Below are positions 1-13,939 of a DNA stretch of 64,000 bases, in pieces. Origin of the DNA: Octopus vulgaris (taxonomy: Eukaryota); assembly GCA_951406725.2 (NCBI GenBank), contig OX597827.1, positions 37,510,001 through 37,574,000 on the forward strand. The letters run 5' to 3'. A model generated the notes under the pieces. That model saw only the letters and a list, made by a program, of their open reading frames with translations. It searched no databases and had not been told where the DNA came from. The first letter of the stretch is position 1, and the number at the start of each line of letters is the position of its first letter. A program made the translations under genes and the position numbers.

Positions 1-298
1 GCGCATACATATGTATATATGTGTGTATAACACACACATATGCACGCACACACATGATCAAACAGTCTAAGAAGAAGATATTGATTATCTAGTAGAAAAC
101 CAGCCTGAGTTTTATACATGAACAAGACGTGGTGAAAGAAACAGTGAGAGAAGCATAAGAGTGAGTAATGGAATAAGGAGGATTAGGCAAAGTCGAAAGT
201 GGAGTGAAGAAAAGAGGAGGCAGAAAAGGAGTTGAACGATAAGACAGGGTTTAACACGTACATATACACATTGTACATGCATACACACCCGTGTGCAC

Positions 299-848
299 AA
301 TACGTAAACAAACGAAGGAAAACGAGTGAAATACATGAACAACAAGAAAAATTGGCAAACAGGACAAGTAAACACAGAGAAAAGGCCTTTCATCAGTTGT
401 CGGCTGTCTATCTACTCCTCATTTTGAACATTCAACGACAATATGAGAGAGATGTGGCGGAAAAGGAGTTGGATGATAAGAAAAGGTTTAACATGTGCAT
501 TCTCTTCTATCTTTTCTCTTTTCAAAAAAATTTCCTCCCAGCGTTCACTATTTTCCACTCGTTCTGATCTAATGACCCACTATGTTTGCTTTCGTTCGGT
601 TTTCATATATGTCTCCATTGTCATTTTTTCCCCAGTTTTGACCCTCTATAAATCCTAAATTTTACTTTCGAATTTATGGAAACAACTGTCTTTGAAGATT
701 CATACTGTCGTTAAATGTTCAAAATGAGGAGTAGATAGACAGCCGACAATTGATGAAGAGTCTTTTCTCTGCTTTTATTTGTCCTGTTTTCCATTTTTTC
801 TCGTTGTTCACGTATTTCACTCGTTTTCCCTTCGTTTGCTTACGTATT
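299..848. repeat. Diverged inverted repeat (arms ~299-445 and ~701-848), probable Penelope-like pLTR remnant with inverted 5' segment
   Basis: catcagttgtcggctgtctatctactcctcattttgaacatt is the near reverse complement of aatgttcaaaatgaggagtagatagacagccgacaattgatg; arms ~145 bp, spacer ~255 bp, followed by (TA)n. Confidence 0.7.
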
Positions 849-861
849 TCATGTTTTTTGC

Positions 862-937
<76 letters not shown>

Positions 938-962
938 GTATCTATGTATGTATGTATATATA

Positions 963-1317
963 GGCGCAGGCGTGGGTGTGTGGTAAGAAACTTACTTTCC
1001 AACCACATAGGTTCTGGGTTCAGTCCCACCGCGTGGAACTTTGAGCAAGTGTCTTCTACTATAGCCTCAAGCCGAAGCTATAGTGTATATATATGTGTAA
1101 TTATTTATGTATGTGTCTGTGTTTGTTTCCTCAACATCGCTTGACAACCGATGTTGGTGTGTTTATGTCCCAGTATTTTAGCAGCTCGGCAAAACGACCG
1201 ATAGAATAAGAACTAGGCTTACAAAGAATAAGTCCTGAGGTCGATTATTTCGACTAAAACTCTTTAAGGTTGTGCACCAATATGGCCGCAACCAAATGAC
1301 TGAAACAACTAAAAGAA

Positions 1318-1318
<1 letters not shown>
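963..1318 (+). mobile_element. tRNA-derived SINE family A (internally deleted copy)
   Basis: Head ggcgcaggcgtgg..gtgtggtaag (A box), gggttcagtccc (B box), CORE-like ttgagcaagtgtctt, tail atgactgaaacaa; matches many other copies in the window. Confidence 0.85.
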
Positions 1319-1592
<274 letters not shown>

Positions 1593-1690
1593 AAGAGAGA
1601 GGGGCAAGGGTTTTTTTTTCAGTTTTTGTCTACCAAATCCCGAAGACACTTGCAGAAGGTACTGAAACGTGTAGTTGTGCATATATCTCG

Positions 1691-2117
1691 GGCACCGCCC
1701 TGAAGAATATTTAGTCGAATATATCGACCCCAGTACTTATTTTTTTGACAAACCTGGTACTTATTCTATCGGTCTCTTCTCGACGAACCTCTAGATTTCG
1801 GAGACATCACAAAGCAGTAGTGGGCGACAAACACAGACACAAAAATACAGACACAAAGACACACATACATACATACATACATACATAAATACATACATAT
1901 ATACATACATACATACATACATACATACATACATACATACATACATACATACATACGACGAGCTTCTTTCAGCTTCTGTGAACCAAATCCACTCACAAGG
2001 CATTGGTCGACTCGAGATTATAGTAGAAGACGTCAACCCAAGGTGTCATGCAGCGGCACTACACCCGGAACTATGGCGTTGGGAAGCAAGCTCCCTACCA
2101 CAAAGCCACGCCTGCAC
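1691..2117 (-). mobile_element. SINE family A
   Basis: Reverse complement of family A, internal (CATA)n, ends cacaaagccacgcctgcac. Confidence 0.85.
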
Positions 2118-2156
2118 TTTTATATGTATGTATGTATATATGTATATATATACATT

Positions 2157-2199
<43 letters not shown>

Positions 2200-2270
2200 A
2201 CACACATATACATATACATATACGTGTATACACACATATACATATACACATATACATATATATATATATA

Positions 2271-2613
2271 TATAATAAATGAGAGAACTAATTCCTGTGT
2301 GTCAGTGTGTCACACTTCGACCCCCTCTCGCACTATTCATTGACACACCTGGTATTGCTCATGTTGGGGTGAGAGTAATAGTAGGTATAAAAATGGTGAG
2401 GCTGGTAGGGAAGACTGACCGAGAGAGAGAGAGAGAGGGGGGAAGAAAAAGAGCGACAAAGAAATTCAGGGAGAGTTGATGATGTTTTTATTAAAAATAG
2501 TAGTGTTGATGGAGTCAGTGGGAGTAATAATTAGAGAGAGAGAAAGTGTGAGTATGTGAGAGAAAGGGGGACTGAACATTGAACATACCGAACACAATTC
2601 TTTTACACACACA
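2271..2613 (+). mobile_element. Helitron-like 5' terminal fragment (same family as 46223-46600)
   Basis: tataataaatg..ctaattcctgtgtgtcagtgtgtca..gggtgagagtaatagtagg..gggagagttgatgatgtttt shared with 46223-46600. Confidence 0.6.
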
Positions 2614-3714
2614 TTTAGCCTTTTTGTGATGGTAATAGGGTGATAGTAATAGTAATTGAGCTGTAATTGTGATAGAGGCGGAGGCGGCGATGATGATGAT
2701 GGTGGTGGTGGTGGTGGTGGTGGTGGTGGTGGTGGTGGTGGTGGTAGCGGAGGCGGTCAGGGATGACGGTGAGAGTAAATGATGTGTAAGACAGTGGTGA
2801 TGGTTTTCGAGGAGAAGGCGGCAAAGTCAAAGGTATTGAGGGTGGTGGCGTCAGAACTCTGAATGGTATGTGTGTATAGCAGATGTAGTGGCGATGGTGG
2901 TGGTACTGTTGTTTATCATGCAACTTTGCAATAAGTTCCAAGTCGACAAATTATATCTGGCTTAAAATTATATACTAGCTTAAAACCACCCTATATACAT
3001 TCTATGAGGGTGGGAGCATGTGTATAAAGAGCTTAGATGGTCATGTATTTATATTTGAAGAGAAAATAAGCAACGTAGATGTCGTCTCTCTTCTTCTCTA
3101 TTTGTATTCCCTACTTTACATTCATTAACCTCGTTAACACACACACACAGGTATGTACACTCATGTACACACTCGTACTCATACAAAAAATCCATGTCCC
3201 TTGAAGGTAAAGGGAGCAGGAAAACGAATAATGAAAATATTTCGTATATTTGAAAATTCGCTGCTTGTCCAATGAAAAGAATTTGCCATTACTGTATTTA
3301 CAACACATTTCCAGCCGGATGTTCTTATCTTACTTTGAAATAAACAGCCAATCACATTTTCCCTTTATTGTATATTTCACGTCAGTGACCACTGAAATAC
3401 GATGTTTCTTCTCACACTTTGCTAAACATGAGGCTTTCCAAGTGTTTATGAATGTTATACTCTATTGGAAGCAAATCAGCAAACATGGGTTAACATGGAT
3501 GAATGACTTGGCTAACATTTTCTTGCGTTTTGTCTGTTTTATTTTAGTGTGTGTTAGTTGGACTTGTTTGTATAAGTTAACAGTTCGTGGAAAATTTTTG
3601 TGGTTGTCATACATCGCAGAACCAAAAATGAAATGAAAGACTGATTAAGAATGAAGTAGAAGAGAATGTAAAAGAGAAAGACGAAAAGAAGTGTGGGTGG
3701 GGGGAAATAGAATA

Positions 3715-3774
<60 letters not shown>

Positions 3775-3837
3775 AATGACTTGAAAAGGAGTTTGTTGAA
3801 TGTTTTTATATCTTGGTGAAGTCACGGACAACAGTTA

Positions 3838-3880
<43 letters not shown>

Positions 3881-3899
3881 ATACATGTAAACAACGACT

Positions 3900-4400
3900 A
3901 CACATGACTGACTGCCATATCGTAGGAGGCAGAATGTCGACGAACGAAGTTTGGAATTCAGTTTCGATTTTTGGCTGTCAGCTATTTGCTTTCACTTACT
4001 CTGCTAAGAAATATGAAACTAAATTTCTGAGGTGAGAGTGTAATTTCTGTGTATCCCGAGGCAAGAAAAGATCACTCTCTTTCGAAGTAGAATCATTGAA
4101 GGCTTTGAGAAGGCTCTTTGTTTCTTTTGTGTATAGATCCAGTTAAAACCGTCCAACAGATATTTATTGAAGAATGGAATCGTTCCAACTGGGTTCTTAG
4201 CTGTTTCTGATGTGCTGTTTGTTAACATTTGTTAGACATTTTTGAAATGCTGTCATGGTAAAGGCCGATCTAGAATGGAAGGTTATCGGCTAATTGTGGT
4301 TGAAGAAAGGATCGTCATGTTTGGTGTTGTATGTCATGTTTATGTCACCAAGTAGAAGCTTGTCAGTGATTTATTCCACAATGCAGCTCACTAGAGAAGC
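3900..4400 (-). mobile_element. RTE-X-like LINE reverse transcriptase relic, N-terminal part (inverted segment)
   Basis: Minus-strand FSKPSMILLRK..ITL..NR resembles the IIPLPKKGDL..NYRGITL..LNRI RT region; heavily decayed. Confidence 0.45.
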
Positions 4401-4429
4401 TTTCTTGCTATGATCTCGCAGAGCTACTC

Positions 4430-4945
4430 AAAGATAGATCATTAAAATTCTTGCCCTTCTTCTGAAGTATAGGAGAGCTCAGAAGCTTAAAGCAAAAGTC
4501 ATTAATCGCATTTGTGGACTTCTCTAACTTATTCATCAGTATCACCAGAAAGACCATGTTACACATCCTGTTAAGTTATGGTATCCTAAATAAGACTGTC
4601 TAAGTTATCCTCACGTATAAAAATCCATAAAGGTCTGCGCAAAGAACCGACAGTCAAACAAAGCGCTTCCAACAACAAAGGAATCCTACAGGGTGATACT
4701 CTAGCTTTTTTCCTTTTCGTAATTGTAATGAATTACATCCTTAGGCAAAAACTTAATTCCATCCAGGACAAAAACTTCACTGTATAGTAGAAGTGACCAA
4801 GACGTCGCCAGCGTCTGTTTCTCTCTAATTTTCATTATACTGATGATCTTATCTGTGTGCTGTGCAAGTCTTGTTAATATACCTTGAGAATATAGTCTTA
4901 GTTGGTCTGTTTTTCAATGCAAAGAATTCTAAATACCTCAATTTG
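4430..4945 (+). mobile_element. RTE-X-like LINE reverse transcriptase relic
   Basis: AFVDFSNLFISITRKTMLHILLSYGI, KGILQGDTLAFFLFVIVMNYILRQ (from 4677), YTDDL (~4836) and VGLFFNAKNSKY in RT motif order. Confidence 0.8.
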
Positions 4946-6051
4946 TTCCAATTAAAGCACACAACTTTGAGAACAAGGAACAAGGCATTTTAAGTATTTT
5001 AAAGTAAAAGGCCTTGCCTTCTCCAAGGCACGTGTAGATAGCATCCTTTTGAATGGAACCGGGACAAGAATTATGAAGAAAACGCTTCAAGATCTTGATA
5101 TTACATGCACTCGGATTCTCATGAGTGCTCAAAACATCTCATAGCACAAGTACAAGACTGAAGAGTAGATTTATGGACAGATTCCACCTACCTTTATTAT
5201 TGTTGCTCAACTCTTTGCTGACCAATGCTATTATACTGAACAACAGGCCGTAGCGGAACTTATATTCTGTCAGATTTCCGCACCCCGGTAAAGGATGAAG
5301 ACCACTTAACTATATAGTTTTTACTGGCAGAAACACATGAAATTAAGGATCTGCCAAAGCTAAAGGGAGACAGACATTCCTGGTGCAGCATTGTGATATG
5401 CAACTCGATCACAACTGCTGGAAGATGAAGTTCTCCGCTTCTCTTTCTCTCTTTCAAGCATTGAATGTCTATTTCTTTCTCCTTCTTTCTTTCTTCCTTT
5501 CCCCTCTTCCCCCTCTCTTTGCACTTTCCCTCTCTCTCTCCCTCCCCAGAAAACAATAACCAGCCTAATTCTAGTCAAAAGTTGTCATAGTCTGTAATAT
5601 CGTATTACATTGTAGAATGAACTGACTTATTCCAGTTCTCTATAGTATACACGTATGCATATGTGCGTGCACATGTGTGTAAACAAATATGTGTACGTAT
5701 GTGCATGCGTACACACGTGTGTGCGTATGCATGAGAGTGTACGGAGAGAATGTTTCTATATTTCTAAGGTTTTTTATGTAAGAATTTGTTGCGATTGTTT
5801 ATTGCATATCAACCAATAGGAATAGGTTTCGCCATGATTTCATGTGTTTACATCGCAGTATAGTTTTAGCAATCAGTTATTGACTTCATCTTTATATATA
5901 TTGCTAGTGTTCATGGTAAAAAAAAAGAACATTGTAGCCAACAATATGTGGTGTGAAATATTTCAACATTATTCATTTTATGTTATGGTTCCACTTGATT
6001 CACTCCAAACTGCCGTACATGCGTCTGTTCTATCCATCTATCCATCCAGCC

Positions 6052-6128
<77 letters not shown>

Positions 6129-6204
6129 CTGATATATCTATCTATCTTTCTCCCTGTCTCTGTTCCCCCCTTCTCTCTCTTTCTATCTATATATATATAT
6201 ATTC

Positions 6205-6848
<644 letters not shown>

Positions 6849-7660
6849 ACACACACACACACACATACACACGTATATGTATGTATGTATGTATGTATGC
6901 ATGTATGTATGTATGTATGTATGTATGCATGTATGTATATAGGTAACCATTTTTGTACCAGTATTTTCTATGATATCTGGATTAAGAGTAGGCTCCTTAT
7001 AAACATTCAGTTGTAACCTGATACTCTCTAGACTTTAGACAAAACATTATACCATGACAGACTACACATATGTTTCGACCATGATAAAATAAAACCTCGC
7101 CCAAGCTTCATGTTTATCTGTGGACTTCATAAATATACTTTTATATGTCAGAATACAGTGATATATGCAGGGGGAAAGAAATTATCCTGCTTCCTGTCAT
7201 GTGCTGCAATATGCTATCCAATGACAAGCCAGTAATTCCAAAACCGGCAAAGAATAATAAAACATTGTTTAATATCACTCTTGCTATAACATTCCTGATG
7301 ATGTCATTTTGATAGACAAAATAATGTTCATACATACATATACATACACACACGCATACATACATACATACATACATACATACATACATACATAAATACA
7401 TACATACATGCATATACACATACATACATACATACGTACACACATATGTACGTACGTATGTATGTATGTATACATACATACAAAGCACTTCATTTCCCGT
7501 TCGTTTCGTTCTACTCTGCTATGATGACAAACAAGCCAGTTGATAGTGCCTCTCTCTCTCTCTCTTTCTTCCTCTCTCTTTCTCTTTCCCCCTCTCTCTC
7601 TCTCACCCTCTTCCTCCCTCTCCCCCTTTCTCTCTCTCTTTCTCTCTCTCTCTCTTTCTT

Positions 7661-7692
<32 letters not shown>

Positions 7693-8724
7693 TCTCTATA
7701 GTTGTCACATCCAGGATGCTTTATTGAGTCGAGGATGATAGAGCCAAGTCTATACGCGACTACATAAGTACCCAAATAATTATCGAATATATAATACATG
7801 TTACCAAGCCATAATTGCTCGCGCGTGATGGTTGACTGCGCTTAACAAATAAAAGAGACAAGGATGCTTTTTGTGAGAGAAATGCCGAATGTGCCTTTTC
7901 TGTTACAGTATCAACCATATCGTAAGAAGTTGTTTAAAGTTTTACACAAAATATTGCTTCTCGTGGGACAAGACGTTGTATGTAAAAGTATTCAAATGCT
8001 ATTCAGAGGAAGGATTGCTCTGATGGTCATACCAAACGCACACCAGAACCTGAATGCATCATACTTTTGAAAATAATGAATATTGGTGCAACATTTCAAT
8101 GAAAACAACAGTTATATGCAAGTTATATGCAGTTATATGCAAGCTTGATGTTTTATGGATCAAAATTGTATAATACTGTGGAGGCCAGCTACCCAGAATA
8201 TGTGAATGTCTCGTCTAAAATTGAAAAAAAAAAAGAGAACATATATGGTATGACAATACGGAGCCTGCATCCTGGTTCTAGATGCACATATTTATATATT
8301 GGCAGATGTACTGGGCTGTGTAACAAAAGCTTTACATAAAAGTCTGGAAACGTTAGTTTTCCAAGAAAGAACTAATAAAGTTTACTTGCATCCATCAAAT
8401 TGAATCGTGAAGATATTCAATACGTCACCAAGATTTTCTATCTGAGTTACCTAAATGAAATATATACATATATTCACATAAGACATTCACTCATACGCAT
8501 GCATAGATAAAAAGTAGTCACTCATTACATGAGTGCAAGTGCACTCACACACACGCCTACAGATATATACCCATTAACTCGCACTCATATTTACATATCC
8601 CTTGAACTATATTGGTTGAAACAAAAAAGCCTTTTTATTTTTGTTAATGACCGATCTAAAAGAAAAAAAATTAATAAATCTCAAAACAAAATTCATAAAA
8701 ATATATTTATACATATACAGACGC

Positions 8725-8758
<34 letters not shown>

Positions 8759-8944
8759 ATACACACACAGTTGATATGGGTGAAAGAAGTACGTACAATT
8801 TTGTTTTATCTAAATGAGACATGAAGTCACGGATAGTGCACTATGAATCAGTAGATCATTGAGGTTGTAACTTGATATACATACATTTACTCATACACAC
8901 GTATACACATACGCGTGCGCACACACACAATAAAATATATATAG

Positions 8945-9237
8945 CGCCAGGCGTGGCTGTTTGGTAAGAAGCTTGCTTCCCAACCACATGGTTCCAGGTT
9001 CAGTTCCACTGCATGGCACCTTTGGCAAGTATCTTCTATAGTTTTGGGCCGACCAAAGCCTTGTGAGTGGATTTGATATAAGGAAAGATGCCCGTCATAT
9101 ATATATATATTTCTTTTGAATGAAACAGTTCTAGTCCTGTAGAAGCTCCTTCTATAAAATAAATTAATTTACTCTGCTATGTATTGAGTACCTTATTTAC
9201 TGTGGTTAACCCCGACTCAACCCGGGACCTACATATG

Positions 9238-9268
<31 letters not shown>

Positions 9269-9336
9269 GTGTATGCGTGTGTGTGTGTATTATGTATGTA
9301 TGTATGTATGTATGTATATATGTGCGTGTGTGTGTA

Positions 9337-9389
<53 letters not shown>

Positions 9390-9581
9390 CGCACACACCA
9401 TCGCTTGACAACCGATGCTGGTGTGTTTACGTCCCCGAAACTTAGGGCTCGGCAAAAGAGTCGCGATAGAATAAGTACTAGGCTTATAAAGAATAAGGTC
9501 CCGGGGTCGATTTGTTCGACTAAAGGCGGTGTTCCAGCATGGCTGCAGTCAAACGACGGAAACAAGTAAAAGAATAAAAGA
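8945..9581 (+). mobile_element. SINE family A interrupted by a nested ~125-bp repeat
   Basis: Head 8945-9097, tail ~9385-9581, insert in the internal microsatellite. Confidence 0.85.
9111..9235 (+). mobile_element. ~125-bp dispersed repeat carrying the 3' half of a hammerhead motif (PLE pLTR-like), copy 1
   Basis: tgaaacagttctagtcctgtagaagctcc...aacccgggacctacatat nearly identical at ~10911 and ~22980. Confidence 0.75.
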
Positions 9582-9604
9582 ATATGCATATATATATATA
9601 TATG

Positions 9605-9639
<35 letters not shown>

Positions 9640-10428
9640 CATACCCATATATCATATATATTCAATTAAGTATAATGCGAAAAATTTAATAGAAAACAAC
9701 AGGGAAATTGGACTTCAGTATTACACTGGAGTGTAAAAAGAAATATATTGCTGATTTTTTTTAGGTACAAAATGTGAAATTCACATTGGACAACAGAGCA
9801 TCAGAACGTAGGACATAGTGCCAGTCCTGCTTCTCAGTTCAAAGATTTGAGCAAGGTCGACCCCAACATCGGGACCATATTCTTGCAAGCATTAAGGCAC
9901 TCTGGCATAATAATGCTATTCTAAATGGAAAACTTACCTGTCATTATGGCACGAAGCGAGGCAGGCCTTGCCGTCCACTCAAGAAAACACATAGCAAATC
10001 ACCAACAAGCACTCGAGAAAACTGAGTCTTCAACTTCTTCCATTTGCTAAAAGGTTTGCTAAGGCACCAGCAGGCCTCAAGAAACACTTTCGTCTCCATG
10101 ATCTCCGCTTTAATTTACGGAGCTTACATTTGTCGTTCACGGCGAGAGAATCCATCATTATATGTATGTAAGTGTGTGTGTGTGTGTGTGTAAGTATATC
10201 ATTTACCCACTACCATGGGTGAATATATTTTTAAAGTCAACTTTTAGTTTTTCGTAAGCCATTCTAGACTTCATTACTAATTTAATTCTCATCTAAATTG
10301 AAAGCAGTTTTTATTAGCAATAGTCTTCAGTCTTCAGCTGCATTTTGAGATCAAATAATTGAAATTTGCTTCATTAAAACAAAAGTTTGGTCAAAATATG
10401 TGAGGTCAAAAATAGGATAGTAAGGCGA

Positions 10429-10750
10429 AAAATTGACTTTGAATCAAAATATTTCAGTTATATCTTTTTTTAAAAAAAAAACAGGATATACTAATTGGGA
10501 TTTGAAAGAATGTGCTCATTGGGATGAAACTTTAGGTGAAAACCTCGTTAAAAAGTATTGGCTACGACAAAAGTAGTGTGGCTTTAAGTGACGAAAAAAT
10601 ATTGAATTTAAATCAAAATATCTCAGCTACTGTTAAAGAAACTATACGATAGTTGTATTCGAATGAAAGAGTTCTATGGCATGAATCTTATGGTAAAAAC
10701 CTAGTCAAAACAATATTAGCTACAATAAAAGTGGTGCGGCTTTAAGTGGG
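10429..10750. repeat. Two diverged ~165-bp tandem units, probably subterminal repeats of a DNA transposon
   Basis: ttga..t.aatcaaaatat.tcag ... ggt.aaaacct.gt.aaaa ... aaagt.gtg.ggctttaagtg occurs twice. Confidence 0.6.
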
Positions 10751-10894
10751 ATATATATGTATATATGTATATTTGTATGTTTATTTTGTATATCAAGGCG
10801 AAGCATGTTTATTTGCATCTCTCTCTCTCTTCCTCTCTCTCTCCCCTTCTCTCTCTGTACATATATATGTATATATATATATGTATGTATGTAT

Positions 10895-11128
<234 letters not shown>

Positions 11129-11344
11129 AGCGTGAGGTGTGGTAAAAAGTTTGCTTCCCAATTAGTTTACTGCCTAATTAATTAGGGTCATATATGTTCT
11201 TATATTGCATTGTGAAGTGTGTCTATTGAGATGAGTCTATAATGTATGCACTGTAGTATTTCTCCTGCTATGTTCTCTTGTTGAATTCTGAAACACTTCG
11301 TTCTGTTTCTCGATTAAATTCTATCGTTCTTTTCTAATGTTTGC

Positions 11345-11389
<45 letters not shown>

Positions 11390-11794
11390 CGGTTTTACTT
11401 TCGTTAATTTGTGAATGTGCTGTAATGATAACTGGTTGGTGACCAGAGGAAAACCGAGGAATCGTTTGGAAGTAGGGTGTGTGTTCCAGTTGGTTTAGTG
11501 TGGTGGACCGGATTACTTAGGATGTAAAGGAGGCCCAGTTGCCATGGTATAGCGTTGTAGAAGTGGTTATTTTATTGTATTATGGAAGTAGTAGTTGTAG
11601 CATATAGAGAAAATTAACGTAGAGTGTAGTGGAGGCGGAGGATCTAGAGAGAAGTGGAGGACTACTATAATGTGTAGTGATAATAGAGTATAATGGAAGT
11701 TTGCAGTGTATTAGGGAGGTAGCAGCTGTGATGTATGGTATGTAGTGGAGCTAGAGTGTGAAATGGAGTAAGTAGTGTATTGTGTTGTGAGAGG

Positions 11795-11968
11795 GGATAA
11801 GTCGATTACATCAACCCCAGTGCTCAGCTCGTGCTTATTTTATTGACCCTGAATAGGATCACAGGTAAAGTTGGCCTTGGCGGAATTTAAATTCAGTATG
11901 TAAAGATAGGCGAAATGCTGCAAGGCATTTTACCCAGCATTCTAAGGATTTTGCCACCTCGCCGCCTT
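11795..11968 (-). mobile_element. tRNA-derived SINE family B (diverged)
   Basis: Reverse complement of ggcggcgag.tggcagaatc..aaattccgcc..actttgcct..ctggggtcgatgtaatcgac. Confidence 0.75.
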
Positions 11969-12209
<241 letters not shown>

Positions 12210-12550
12210 TGAGAAGTACTGAAAAAATAGCAAAGTACCAGGACCTAGCCATTGAATTACAGAGACTGTGGAAAGTACAGGTAAAATATATCCCAGTAGT
12301 TATAAGTATCCCTAAAGATCTGAACAGTTGGTTAGAGGAAATAGGCAAAAATCCAGTTTAGTGCAACTCCAGAAAGCAGTGTTATTAGGGACAACTAGGA
12401 TACTTAGGAAGGTTCTTGGCATCTAAGGTTACTTGATGTAACCCAATAGGAGGGTTCTTGGAATCTAAGGCTACTAGTTGTAGCCCGATGTTAGGATTCT
12501 TTTCTTCTCCAACAGTCTAATCTGTTGAGTGTATATGAAAATAATAATAC
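12210..12550 (+). mobile_element. 3' end of an R4/Dong-like RLE-type LINE
   Basis: EKIAKYQDLAIELQRLWKVQVKYIPVVI..WLEEIG..QLQKAVLLGTTRILRKVL, short 3' UTR, taa tail; ~42-bp local duplication. Confidence 0.85.
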
Positions 12551-12649
12551 TAAATTTAGGAGACACTAACGTATTGGTCTATGTAGGAGAATTAGTAGTT
12601 ACTAGACCATTATATATTCCACAAAGAAAGATTTTAAAAGAGCAAATAT

Positions 12650-13015
12650 GGAAAAGGAGATTATAAATTAAAGTGATGACTTTAAGACAAGATCTGAGTA
12701 GAATAGAAGCCTGGAAACTGAACAAATTAGAAAACACAAGATGCAAAATCTTCTCTTGAGAAAAGATACTTAGTCAAAGAGAAAGGATTTGGGACAGTCA
12801 TAGAAGAGTTGAAATTGCATAAAAGAGTTGAATAGTAGTAGCAGGTAAACTTTCCAGATATTAGAAAAGAATAAATCAGTTTCAACAGAATAGATTATTT
12901 GAAACAGACCAGAGGGTATTTTATAACCAAATAAATAGTGGAGAACGAAGTACTGACGATGAGAAACCTAATGCAGAAGCTAGAAAGTTCTGGAGTAATA
13001 TTTGAGATAAGCCAT
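12650..13015 (+). mobile_element. R4/Dong-like LINE pre-RT fragment
   Basis: KLSRY*KRINQFQQNRLFETDQRVFYNQINSGE..KPNAEARKFWSNI. Confidence 0.75.
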
Positions 13016-13826
13016 GATCATCATTGATTGAGCAGATCTCCGAGGAAAGATGTTCCAGCCTTAACCAGCTAGACTTTTCGTTCCAATGAATCCTTCCGTA
13101 TTTTTAAGATTGTAAGATGGGTATTAACTGAAAGGTCATACGTTTTAGTCACCTGAGAAACTTTGAAAATTAACATTTCAACAGTTATCGACCCATGCGC
13201 TGTACAAGAAGAGAGCAGGCACAACAATACTATTATCAGATGCCATCAGCTGTAGTAGAGTGACCTCTTCATAGGATCCTTTCTACAAACATCCTCAGTA
13301 AATAAGTGAAAAGAGGAAACCAAAGCGGAAGGAGCGAACCAAAGAGATTAGACAAACCTAACATCGGACGCTTCCTTTCTCGCTTGTTTCTTTCCTTCTT
13401 ATTTCATGTTGTTTTCTATTTTACTTTCATTTTTACTTTTTGGTTTATTTACATGTGTGTGTGTAACATACATAAACACACTAGCTCAAACACGCACACA
13501 TGCACGTACACGCACAAATTCGCACACAAATTTTCATCCATATACTTGTGTAGGTGTACATGCACACGTGTTTCTTCACCAACTGCCTGTCATTTTACTT
13601 ATTGTAGACAAAGGTCTATTAACGTCAATCCATGTAGCTATGTAGGTATTCCGGTTTTTTTGTTTTCCGGACACCAAGTAAAAATTTAGAGAACATTTTA
13701 TTTCCGTGTATCTTTTTAGTCCGTGTATATTTTTAGTTCAATTGTTTTCGTTAATAACCAAGGGAAATAAAAGTTTACAAAAGCAAGCACACATACACAC
13801 ATAATTCTTACACAAGAATATTATTG

Positions 13827-13871
13827 ACAGTGACTTCAAAGTTTCGGCCATGTAAGCTGTCATCGGACTGT
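13827..13871 (-). ncRNA. Degenerate type I hammerhead ribozyme motif
   Basis: Minus strand ACAGU-CCGAUGA-cagcuuacauggcc-GAAA-CUUUGAAG-UC-ACUGU: perfect 5-bp stem I, GUC site, near-palindromic stem III; U4C change and weak stem II. Confidence 0.6.
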
Positions 13872-13939
13872 GATATATTGAAGTTAATCTTGGCTTTATA
13901 TAGCCTCTGCTGAGTAAAATCTTGTGGGTTTGAATGGAC

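Noticed and set aside
7288-7328. aacatt-c-CTGATGA-tgtc..gac-aaaa-t-aatgtt hammerhead-like string
   Set aside because: GAAA altered and no room for stem III or a cleavage triplet
9755-9812. Acceptor-like ttttag followed by GTKCEI (EGF-like)
   Set aside because: Stop about 10 codons later, no further cysteines, no partner exons
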